DNA of 63,150 bases, counting the filler, from Choristocarpus tenellus KU-1152 (lineage: Eukaryota; Protista; Phaeophyceae), in NCBI GenBank assembly GCA_964200185.2. It is 9 parts of 9 records of this genome, joined end to end, with 100 filler letters (N's around TTAATTAATTAA, not from the genome) between each part and the next. Parts side by side here need not be neighbours in the genome. Positions count along the whole stretch, not along the records: positions 32,829 to 60,370 come from CAXNAD020000143.1; 8 more parts are not named here. One strand, 5' to 3'. Position numbers and translations under genes: made by a program. Position 1 is the first letter of the stretch. Each line of letters starts with the position of its first letter. The notes beneath the pieces were generated by a model. It did not search any database. It was not told the origin of the DNA and worked only from the letters and a program-made list of their open reading frames with translations. Of this stretch, positions 36,901 to 49,000 are shown in pieces.

Positions 36901-39900
36901 TAATACTACAGCATATGGAGTATGCATTCCACCTTGTTCTTGCACGTTTCCAGTCTTGGGTGGTATATCCTCGATAAGACGGCACGAGCGTTCACACCAT
37001 CAGGTGAGGAGTCATCCCTAGGCCAGGTGCCCTTAGCACCTCTGCAAGAGGAGCAGAGAGGGTGTAGGACGGGGCGGGTGTCGGTGAAGGTGCAAGGTAC
37101 AATTGGAGGTTCCAACGAAGGCCAAATCGCATCCTTCGCCCCTGCACACACTGCAGCACGGAACGTACATCTTTTCCAACTAGACTTATACTCCGGTGTA
37201 ATTGTGTGAAGAGCACAAGTGCCTTGGCTGCAACACATGTCCTAGGACAAGGAGCTGCTACACACTCACGTACGCCGCACACAAAGGCACACATTTGCGC
37301 GCAATCTTGTTTGTGTGCATGGCTAAAAACTTGCAAATTTGGACTCGGTACCAACGGGGTATTCAACAGCGTGTCTGCCGTGGCTGTCACGAGAAAAGAG
37401 TGTTAACCCCCACGTGGTATGAGCAGGTGTGTTGGCGACCTAAGAGATGAACACATTTGATTGGTCAGATCCCAACTGGTACCAAAGCGATAAACGGGTA
37501 CTTTGTGCACAGGCGGAAAATTAAGAATAAGGAGAAAGTAAAGTTGGAGTAGAGGTGGATCACCTCTACCCCCCCGCCCCCAGCCCCTGCTTACCTGACC
37601 AGTAGCTTGTACTCCGGAAGGGCCAGCACGGTCTCATAGAGCAGTTACTGAATAGGTGAGATTTCACAGAACACCTGTGGATCCCCTCCCCCCAGCAGAG
37701 ACAAGTGGAACGGGGAGAGACAACAGGATGTGTCTGTGGCAAATGGGTGATCCATGCCACGAGCATACCCAAACAGGCCATTTCTCCGTCTCCCAAGGGA
37801 CGGAGAATGAGAATGCTCAGTGCACAAGGTCATACATTGCATTTCCAAACAAGCATCTCGGCCATTCTACACATCACCACCATGAATCCAACGGATTCAC
37901 CCGCTTGAAATCAGTGTTTCAGCCCTCAGGCAACCATCGTAGACGATCAATCGTAACAACTTGGAGTACGACCAGAAGAAGCAGCAGCAGCAGCAGCAGC
38001 ACTACCAATACATCAAGGTGAGCAATACTGGGATGTTGAAAATTAAATAGGAGCGGCTTGATATCTTGGCAGGAGAGATGTAACTGCTATACCCCCTCAC
38101 ATATTTGATCAGACTCAGGTGTCAAGGTTGAACACAAAGGAGGCGAACAGATAGTGGGGAAGAGATACAAGCATCAATCACCTAGGTAGGTGGTTCTCCG
38201 ATTTCCTCCAACGGGGGTAGGTAAGGGATCAGACTCTGACATTGTTGGCAACAGGTGTTGTGAACGACAACATCGAACCAATTCCACATTTCAAAGCATA
38301 ATTCAATTGCTCACGCAGCGGCACAAAGAAAAAGTAAAAATAAATAAATGTGAATCAAAACTTTCAGCGACATAGTGAGAGCCTCCTCCTCTTTCCCAAG
38401 CAAAGTACAAGCAGAAATAAGATATTTAATACAATGCAATGCAACCAAGTACACAAGAAAAACATTCTTAAAAAAGTATCCCTGCTGAGTCTTCCCCCCA
38501 CCCTCCCCTCCCCTCCCCTCCCTCCCACCCCTGACAGCAATCCTTGTCTGACTATTGGTAGCAGCGGGCATATCGATCAACCTCACCTCAATTCCACTCT
38601 TGCCTCTGAGCTGCGCTGCTGAGCTCAGAATCCTGAGGAAGCAGGGGACGTGAAACACACAATAAGCAAAGTTGATGTCAGTGCGTACGCCTGCACATAC
38701 GAATACTGGAGCAGAGGAGCACAAGCGAGCGTGCCCAGACCAGAACACTACTGGAATGTTCCCTGTGGTTCATGCGAAATGGTACCGCCCTTGCTATTGC
38801 CCCATCACACCTTGTGACCTACTGTCCCTCCACCTCTGCCTCTCCCCCACCACAAGGTTGCATACCTTTGTGCGTCTATAAGGAGCATTTGGTCCCGTGT
38901 CATGCCCAGTTAATTGAGACGCTCTGCCCTCAGCAGCCATGATCTCTTCAGGGCGCACCTCTTCCTGTGCCCCAGAGGAGGATGGGGCTGTTGGAAGCAG
39001 CTCAAAAACCCAGATGCAAAACCCAGATGCAAAACGAAATGGAAGCAACCGGGGAGTTGAGAAGGAGGGAGGTTGAATAGGCGAGGTTGATTGGGAGGGG
39101 AAGGACGACCCCCCCCAAAAGTTCCAGCCCTACAAGGCTACTTCACCGAAAGTCATTTCAAGTTCAAACGCTACATCAGTCAGCTGAGTTGCACAGGAAT
39201 TTGGGGATGTGACGACAACGATAAAAAATAAAATTAAAAATACATACATATATATATTCTTAGTCATGCACAAAGCACCAACTACTCTGGAGCACAAAGC
39301 AGGAGTGCGGTTACATAGAGACCTTGTAAGGTTGAAGGCAAGGGGTGTAGGCTCTTAGGTATGATATGGAAAAAGAGCTCTATGCATGTGCTTTATTTCC
39401 CTCAGCAAATCAGTCTAGTAAGAAAGCAGCTCACTAATGTACTTGCCTCTCTTCCTTCCATTTGAACTTAATGTAGACCTGTAACCAGAGCATATTTTGA
39501 GTACCATGTGATGCTTCTACAAATTGCTTCCTCAACCTAATGTTTCTCTTTCACCCCTATATCAGTAGAGTACTCCAATTCCATGAGTGCGGCTTCCTCC
39601 CCCCCCCCTCAAAAAAAAAGAGAGCAGATGTATTTGTTGAGGAACCTCGAAGAGTTGAGTATGAGTGCAACGGGTGAAGGGGGGGGGGGGGAAGGAGATC
39701 GCAAGAACGCAAGGACATGATAAAATAAAAACGCGATAATCATTCCACCCCAAAACCACAGAGGTATGGCAGGGAGTTCATGAGTGGGAGCATATTGTTT
39801 GGGGTGAGACAGATGAGGGGAAAGAAGTCAGTACAAAGTTCACTAAATTTCAACACGGAGGTCTATCTTACAGTATAGTACACGGGGTTGACTAGAGAGG

Positions 39901-40353
39901 CATCTCTGTGTCAATGGGCTACAGGTGGGGTTAAGGGGTGAGGGCAGGGACAACTGACCTTGAACTCATTCTCGGTCTTGAGTCAGCCAGGTTGGATCAG
40001 ATTCATAAGCCACCAGAACTCTCCCAGATTGTCCTGGACGGGCGTGCCTCCGAGGCCGATGAACCACTCCGCCCCTGTCAAGCTATCTGCAGCCCTAGGT
40101 CTGCCATTTTCAGAGGGGATAAATTGTGGCATAGAGAGTATTTCCAACACAAAACTTGGTGTCTGTGAAGCGCATCAGGTCACGGTAGGTTCTAGTGAAG
40201 GAAGGAGTCAAGGGCTTGGGAATTTGAGTGGGATGGCAGTCGACACAGAAAGTAGAAATAAACATAATCAAGACTAAAGATCCATAGTACAAACCAATTG
40301 GAACTAGTGACAGTTTTGCCAGGGCACAAGAATGAATCATCCCCCCCCCCCCC

Positions 40354-40399
<46 letters not shown>

Positions 40400-43300
40400 A
40401 CCCCNNNNNNNNNNAAAAAACACAAAAAAAAAAACAATGGAAACTGAATCGCTTTTTGCAAGGACAAAAAAAAAAACCCCCCCCCCCCCCCCCCCCCCCC
40501 TCCCCTGGCAGCATCACACACAAACACTCATCTCTGTCTGCAACACTCACTCACACATTTGTATCGGGATTCTTGAGGACATGCCGCTCATTGAACACGA
40601 CCAATAACCACCTCTGTTGTCTGAGTCCTTCAGTGTGCGATCTGAAGAGATTGTAGCTAATACACACAACATCTAGCCTACACCTGTCCAGCAGTGACAT
40701 CACTCGCTGGGGAATGGGAGCGAGGGTGTGATTGAAGGTTAAGCGTCTGGGTTATTAACTGCAAAGGGGCGGGGAACAGGGGAACAATGGTTGCACATAT
40801 GTTTTGGGTTGAAATTTGAGAACGGGGGGGGAGAGAGGGGGGAAAGGAAGAGGAAGTTAGTTAAAGGTAATGGAGAAGGGGGTGCCGTTGAGTCTTAAGG
40901 GCCCATCTGACTTTCTGGTGGCACCTGTTTTTGAACACACAGAAACAGTCCACGGGTGCTTTGGAGAGCAATTTGTCTGCTTTTTTGTGAGTACCTTCAG
41001 TTTGCAGAAGTATCATCCTGATCGACGTCATTTTTCCAAACGCCTTCATCTTTTCCAAGAAAAGTTAAAAAAACTCAACCCTTCTAACTCAAAAAGGACG
41101 AAACACACCCCCCTCTCGGGTACTTTGGCTCACGAAGGTATGGGAAGGGGAGTGAGCACGCGCAGGAAGGTCAAATACATTAGCATCTAGCTCTATTCTG
41201 TCCCACATTCACCTGGTGACGAAGGAGAAAGTCGTAGACGCTGTCTTGCTGCTCCCTTTCTACTTGGGGCCTTGAAAAAAACTAACCACATGGTGCAATA
41301 TACAGTACTGCGGATAACAAAATCCATGAAAACAAAAGTGCACCTCAGTGACATGAGTTGCCTAAAGTGACAAACATAAACCCCCCCCAAGCTTTAGGCA
41401 CAAAATGCCATCAATGTGTTCCCATAGACATAGATTCTCTGCCACACTGCCCTCACATACAATTCAAGTGTGGACATACACAATGCAATCTCTAGGCAAT
41501 ACGTTTGTGTTGTATGAGTAATCGAAGAATCTTCCACTGAAATGGTTAGTTGTGCCCTAAGGTAATACCCTAGGGTGAAGATATTCCTTTAGTCAGTTGC
41601 GTTGGTTGTGGTGGGTGCTTGTACACTATTAAACGTTTTTCACATCTCCGATTCAACCTAGATACAAGGTAAGTACTCCAAATAAAGCCCACATGTAAAT
41701 CCAACACCCCTCCCCCAGCCTGATTTCTGTTGCCACATCCACCTTAAGAGAAGCACTATCCTTAATCCAATAATATGCAAAATGAACCCACAGCTCCAGG
41801 TGCTTGGCCCAACTTGCCAAAACACTTGCAGGTATTACATCAAGGACAGGTTTTCCAGCCAACTGGCATGTTTCTAGGCCTCAATGCGCCTTTGAAGCTT
41901 AGCCTTGTCCTTGATTGTCTCTGGATCACAAGCACATACATGCACTTACACACAATAAAGCCGGTGAAAAATATGACAGCATGGCAAGTGGCACAGCTTG
42001 CTGGGAAACAACTAACTGATCACACAAGTGGACTGGATGGCATCTGAGGTAGGGGGCCGTCGGGGTAGGGAGGATGATGCAGATATGTCTAAAAAGGCTG
42101 AGGTTTATAGGGAGTGGGTGCGAGGTATAGGGTTGTGCAACTGTGGGGGAGTTCCAAGACAGAGATCTGACATGCAGTGAGACAAGGAGCAGTGGTGGTG
42201 AGTGAGGGTATAGTATAATGACCGGTTGACTATGAGATCAAGCGAGCTGAGATCAAGCGAGCTCTGTCCTTCTACGTGGAGCCCTCACACTTGCTCCTGG
42301 ATCAAATCCTACTTCCTACCAATTCCTGCACTTTTCTCCAAACTAAAGCAGTCAGTACTTAGTTTAGCACAAAATTGTCATTAGTAAGAAATGGATAACA
42401 CCTCCCTCCAACTCCTCACCTTCCCCTTCCACTGTAACACATATTCTTACAACCTACCAGTTTTCTGAAGGAGTGCCACCAGGAGTGCAACTATCTGTAC
42501 AGTCTTTCCCAGGTTCATGCCGTCAGCAAGAATAGTGCCCTGACGCTGGGGGGCGGCACTGACTCTGGAAAAGAGCCAGGAGACCTCCACGAGTGCAACA
42601 ATGTTATCTAGGGAAAGAGATATGACAGAAGGGACAGATGTTTGGAGGAGTGGGTGGTAAGTTTGGGACCAAACGACTTGTAGAGAATCACGTATCCTGG
42701 TCGGAGTATCTTTCTTCAAGGCATACTGTAGAGATGAATGATATCTCTGAGGGGTAGACGGGCTGGTAATGGCAGGAAGATGAGAAAACTTGGAGAGGCG
42801 GGGCAAGGTATGTGCCTTTGGGCAATAAAATGCTTGTCCTACCCCTTGTTTCTGGAAGTCTTTGAGGTAACTGTTGATCGAGGCTGGCACAATTCCTTTG
42901 CTGGTTCCAGTCCCATATTCTAAGAGCATCGGTTCAAACTCGACCTGAAAAGGGGTATCAATGGGCGTTGGTTTCAAGACCCCCTCTTCTTCATCTTCAA
43001 CCTCCTCGCCGAAAGAGTTACACCCATCTAAAGAGATGCCCTTCTCACTCTCATTCTCCAACAGGGCATCCATTGTCTCTATGTCCACTCCATCAGTGCC
43101 TGCAGCCTCCTCTTCCTCCCTCTCCTTGAGATTGCATAGAGCTTGTCTTCGCTTATTCACGGTTCCCTTATCACCTCTCCTTCCTTTCTCATCTCGTCTC
43201 CGCTTTGGTTACAAGGTTGCGATCTATCCTTTCTCTACCACATGCCATTATTGTGGCGTTTTGCAGATTCATCTGTACTCAGTGATCCAGTGTCTACTTT

Positions 43301-43578
43301 TGTGTCACCTTTTAAGGGCTCTCCCTTCCCACAATTTTCCCGAGCCTTTATATAATGGTCCATCATCGACCCCTGGCGAGAGAAATTTGCTACCCGAAAG
43401 ATATTTTTGCCTTCGAATCCAGTGTATCGACCTCACCTTCTGACGAATCAGTGGCCGTGTCGAGGAAGGAAGGAATCTTTGAGGTTGAGGACATAGCAGG
43501 TATGACTGAGTTTGCGAAATGCCTGAGCATGGGCCTTTGCCTTTTCTCAGTACGCTTTTCCACTAAGGTGGAAAGCAT
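33662..43578 (-). pseudogene. ERCC6L2/Rad26-like SNF2 helicase, pseudogenised multi-exon gene
   Basis: VPASINSYLKDFQKQGV; ILADGMNLGKTVQ; IPASVLASW; VVFNERHVLKN (DEAH to NERH, 40581-40592); GLGGTPVQDNL..QPG* (stop 39983-39985); VFCEISPIQ* (stop 37645-37647); KVLLFSWST; LRLNG..(frameshift)..FLLSSKAGGTGLN. Confidence 0.85.
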
Positions 43579-43736
43579 CGTCCATTTCAGACCTGCTGTT
43601 ACGTAAAACAGCAGTTCTGAACTTGCAGTTCCTATGAAGGAAGGTTCTCAGACGTAAACACAAGGAGAAGCAAGACCACCTTTGCCACCAGGATTTGGGT
43701 TGTTTTTGAACTGTGTACAAAAACTCAATATTTGTA

Positions 43737-43832
43737 ACAATTCCAATTCCAATTCCAATTCCAATTTCAATTTCAATTTCAATTTCAATTTCAATTTCAA
43801 TTTCAATTTCAATTTCAATTTCAATTTCAATT
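43737..43832. repeat. (AATTTC/AATTCC)n hexamer microsatellite
   Basis: Direct reading. Confidence 0.95.
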
Positions 43833-43879
43833 TGTTTTTTTGGTTTCTTGGTTTTTCCTGGAGGTGTATCTGGTGGAAA

Positions 43880-44128
43880 ATCTGAGACGCGAAAGCGCAC
43901 CCACTACGAGGGTTCTCTTGATCCTCATAGTTTTCACCTCACCACCTTCGCAGTGTAAATTTTTGGGCGCCTTGGTAAGCAAGCAGAAAGTTTTCTGGAT
44001 GAGTTGGCTACGCACACGGTAGGGGGGAGAGGGGCAGGAGGCTGCAACAGGAAAGGGGCTTTCAAATCCCATCTACGACAGATCCTCTCTGTCACAGGTA
44101 GCTCTATCTAAACGTGTCATGCGTTTTC
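43880..44128 (+). mobile_element. 3' relic of a non-LTR retrotransposon (restriction-like endonuclease C-terminus, CRE/NeSL-like)
   Basis: ETRKRTHY..DPHSFHLTTFAV*IFGRLGKQAESFLDELATHTVGG...KSHLRQILSVT; resembles the RLE-domain end K..HY...AVE.FGRLG..A..FL..LA. Confidence 0.6.
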
Positions 44129-44424
44129 ACTGATTTTTCCCCTGACACATCTATACAATTTCAGAGGGCATAAAAATAAGAATAGCAGATATTAATAGAG
44201 TTACTATTTAGTTTCAAATTGTTGACACAGCATGGATGGTTTTCCCAAACATAGCTGAGGCGTTTGCATTATTTGATGTTTGGAGGATATGTGGTCCTTG
44301 ACAGGACCTATGCTCATTCCTTAAACATATAACAGAGCTGTAAGTCACAATGTGGGGTGGAGTCCTCAAAAAGCCATCATAGATCACTTCCTGTGGTTGA
44401 ACTGTCTATAAACCTCTACACCTT

Positions 44425-44625
44425 TCTTTGCGGTGGAAAGTTTTGGGCACCTTGTTAAGCAAGCGGAAAGTTTTCTGGATGAACTAGCTACACACGCGGT
44501 AAGGGAGAGAGGGACAGGAGGCTACAGGAAGAAAGGGTGGTCAAATCCCATCTATGCCAGATGGTCTCAGTCACAACCCAAGTAGTACTATCTTGATGTG
44601 TCATGCGTTTTAAGCTGGAGACACC
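44425..44625 (+). mobile_element. Second relic of the same non-LTR retrotransposon
   Basis: FAVESFGHLVKQAESFLDELATHAV...KSHLCQMVSVTTQVVLS*CVMRFKL; direct repeat of 43960-44128. Confidence 0.6.
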
Positions 44626-45609
44626 AGGGAGATGGCAAGGAGGGGCTTGTTAGATTCTTGGGGTGCTCCCCTAGCTCCTTCCTCACCCTGTGGTACAGGA
44701 CTAAGCTAGGTTGGATGCAAAGGAAGGTAGTGGTCCAGCATACCTAGTAATATAATAGTAAATAGATTAATGTCTTTCACCTTTTAAAATACCTGTTTTA
44801 TTAGGGACTTTTCTGACATGTGAATAGTTTTCATTGGTTTTCTCCTCATACATGTGGAAAATGTCAGAGGGCATAATCATAAAAAGATTTACTACTGTTT
44901 CTCCTACCCTACCACCTCTCTGCATCTTGGATTTGATGTAGACTTACTACCCTGTTCTAAACCACGAAAAGGGATACAGAAGATTTACATCATGGTCTAG
45001 AAGATTCATTGCGGACTGTGGAAGTATCTAACAAATTCAAGGGAGGAGATATGGTGGAGAATAGGAAAGTGAATGAATATTTAAGAGATTCTTATCGCAA
45101 TATATTACACTATTACTAATACTGTAATTGTTGTTCTCCCCCTCTCCTAGAAATTGGCCAGTTGACACAAATCGGTCAATACACTTCTCTGTAGTGACGA
45201 ACTGGAAAACAAAAATATAACGATCCTTATGATTATGCCCTGAAATATTTTGGAGATGTGTCAAAGAAAAGACTAATGAAACCATTAAAGTATCAGAATA
45301 ACCTTTGAAAAGTAACAAGTGTCGTAAATGTGAAAGACATTTTTCTATCATCTATTTACTATTTTACTACAAGCTATGCTACACCACTGTCCTCCTATCC
45401 CTCCAACCTAGCTTATTGCTGGTGAAACCTGCACCCTAGGGTAATGAGTAAGGGAAACATCCCAGGAATATAACAACCACCCCTTCTTTATCTCCTTGAT
45501 GTCTCCAGGTTCAAACCATTCATAGAAGAAGAACGAAGAGCAAAATAAAAAATTAAGAATATGTGACAGAAGAATTGAATCACATTAATAAGCAACATAC
45601 GAATGACAG

Positions 45610-45657
45610 ATACTGGATAATACTGGATAATACTGGATAATACGGGATAATACTGGA
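45610..45657. repeat. (TACTGGATAA)x~5 decamer repeat
   Basis: Direct reading. Confidence 0.85.
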
Positions 45658-46063
45658 AGGACTAAATTGTGTGAGGTATGACTTTGATGAGGTTTGCGTT
45701 CTACTTTACATATTATTTTATACCGTCTAACACTTACTCAATATATTTGTATTATCCATCTTCTATGCGTTCCATTTCTTTCTATCGTGCTGACCAAAGT
45801 TCTATCTCCTCATAATCTTCCTTCTTTTTTTGAAAAATATAGTAGCTACTATAAGTAAATTGAAATGGGCATCTCCCAAAAACTAACCACTTCTAACTAA
45901 ACGAAGCAATCCCCACTGGATTGTTTTGCTGTACATACTGAGTACTTACATTTCAAAGTAATTGAAGTCTCTACACCAACCTTGTGGAAGACGGTGGAAC
46001 GATCGTCAAAGGTTACCGCATCTCAGTAATGTGCCCCTTGTGGAATCACCCCTAGTTTCGACG

Positions 46064-49000
46064 ATGTCTACTCTTGCTGCTGTTGTTGTTCTCTCCCTAG
46101 TCCTTGTACTTTTTACACTCTGGCTTACCTTCAACTTCTACATTGTGCGGCTATTGGTATTGCTGGGATATTTGGATGAGCAACACAATAGTGTAGATGT
46201 TCAGCGGGATGGAATTTTAGGGTTACTGGGTCGCGTTGGTCTGAATGGGCGAGGTTCAGAGAAAGGAGTTCCCTCTATCAAGTTGCAACTACAGCCGATT
46301 GGGGTCAGAGTTCGTGGTGGGCTCACGTTGTCGCAATCAAGCCTGGCTCTCGTTTCGAGCTACCTAGTTGGCGTCCTTCCCTTGCAACTGACGGAGATCC
46401 ACGTCGGGGAGGTTAATATATTGCTGGACTGTGGCTTCTTCAAGCTTTTGTCTTCTGTTCTGTGGCATAATGCTGATATTAACCTAAAGACGTCCGTGAA
46501 GGTGGTGGGTCTTCTGGCAACTGCTGAACGCACAACCATTGATGACTGGAAGGGAAAAGAGAGCAAAATAGAGGAAGGATTTTTCGCAGAGAGTCGCTAT
46601 CTTGCAGACCTATTGACGTCGCTGGTCGACCGATCGTTTTGGGAACAAGGCCTTCCCACAAGTACATCCCAGCGGTTGGACTTTGCATTGAACAATTTAT
46701 CGGCACACCTGGAATGCATCCACTTGCGGATAAGGGATAATACAGGAGGGCGAACGGGCAGAAGGACGACCACGAGATTGCAAAGTAGCGAACCCGCCGA
46801 ACCTGAGGAAATCTGCAGCAGGGGGAGAATTCTGGGGCTGCGACTTGGACTGGTCGTGCTCGAACCAGGACAGGCGTCGGAAGAGACATCTTGGGCCACC
46901 CCACGTCTCCTTGACATCAGGGCCATTGACCTGTACCATGACCTCGCGGTACCTATGACTCCCACCAATTCAATGAGAGACCCGTGGTCACATTTGGGGT
47001 TGGTACCGCCAGATCCTCGTGAGGGCAACAGCACCCCGAGCACCGAGGGAATCGAGTGTCATTGGGCAGAATGTGTGTCACAGGGGGAACACTCCAGCGT
47101 GATGTCGGTAACGTCTCTGGTCTTAACACTAGAGCTTCCGGACTTGATGTGTGTGATGCTGGCCTATGGGCACCGGCCATGCAACCGCAGCAAGCTGCTA
47201 CGCCTCGAAGTGGGTCAGATGTGTGGGGTTCAGGTTCGGTTAGAGAGCACTCAAATGATCAGCTTGCTTGGTGATACCCTTGAGATCATCACCGGTGGTG
47301 GACCCTTCTTCGATTGGCTGGAGGGGGTGCGATTACATTGGAATAGCAGATTGCATTCCCTTCGACCGATGGAGGCTGATTGTCAGGGCTACATTGAGGC
47401 ATTGGGTCCACAGGGGGGTGCACGGAATGAGGCAACCCTGGCTAGCTTTGAAAACCGCATGCCCCTGGCTCAGATAATGCTACTGAGGATGAGGGCGAGG
47501 GGATGGGAATTGCCTCAGCAAGATCATGTGGCAAATGAGGCGGAATGGATATTGAAGAAACTTGATCCTGTCCTTTCGAGAGGGTCCCGCAACAATGGCA
47601 CATATGATAATAGTGGGAGCTGGGGCAACAGTGACAGCAGTGGTGAAAGCAGTGGCATCGACAGTAGTGAAAGCGAAAGTGAAAGTGATAGTGATGGTTC
47701 TGATGACACCTCTCAAGAAGACGATGAAGCCAACATTCACCAGCTCAACCGCCATCAGGGCCTCACTGCTGATGCTGAAGAAGCAATCCGTTTCAGGAAC
47801 CTCCTCTACCATGCTGCACAGGTGCTTGGTCTTGCAATTTCAAGGAAGAATTGCTCTCAGCATAGTCCCTTGCCACCTACAATATCTTCTTTTGTATTCC
47901 CTCCCTTGGAGCATGCTGTGTTCATCTTTACCACCAACTCATTCCACTGATGTGAATAGTTACCTCCTGTATTAACTCCCCTCCCCCTCCTCTGGCATTT
48001 GGCTACCCCCTTTGTGCAGGAGTGGGTCTCAGCTTTAAGTTTCATGTCCCCTATTCTTGAAATTGGTATGTCAGCTGACATTACTAGTGCACTGGTGCTG
48101 GTCTTTGAGCAAGGAAAGGGGAGGAGCAGGGTTGCTGCTACATCCACCTTTTCTGGAGAGATTTTTGGGAACACTACCCAGTTGCACGGTATGGGAGATT
48201 TAAAAAGAGATCAGATGTGGTTGGAGAGTGGGCAGCAGCCTGAAATGACAGAGGAGAAGCATACAGAAGCAGAATCATGTACATCTCCTGGTGGGACTCT
48301 TGGTGACACCATCATAGAGAGAAGTTTCTTTAGGGAATCTAAACGTTCCATTGACTCTCACAACTGGAACAAGGAGACAATGGGAGCAAGCACACACTTC
48401 GTGCGAAGAGACCATTCCATAGCCCAACGTCAGTGGTCAGCTGTAGGGAGAGGCGAGCGGCAGCCAGGCCAACTGATGCAAAGTGTCAGCTCACATGGAC
48501 CTAATATGTTTGACGCTGCTCGCGAACCACTTGGGCTTCTGGAGGTGAAAGCTGCTATGGAGGAGAAGGCAAGGCGTGGTGTACTTGACCTGGTGGCTGC
48601 TGTGTCTGTCCAGGTGTGTGGGTCGGCGTAGGTGTGGGTGTGGGTGTGGGTCTGTGTGTGGAGTTTCCATTGCCTGTACTTGATGCATTGATTGTCTGTA
48701 CAAGTGCTCAAATCCTGTGTGTATGGTCCAGTATTCAGGAAGGAAATGTTTTTTGTGTGGCTATCCACTATGCTGGAAATATCTTGATTCCTCTATACTA
48801 AGAAATTGTTTGTAGGCGGAGCTGTATGCTGTTCTAATCTTTCCTACTACAAGGATAAACAATTAGATACTGGCAATAGTTTCTTGCATGCTCATACCGT
48901 GCTGCCAAGTAACTGCAACCTTACTTTATATTTTAGTGGGGCCCATGTATACAGCAGTGCTAGAAGTGTCTCTTCCTCCTCTCTCTTCCCCTTTTGCTTA

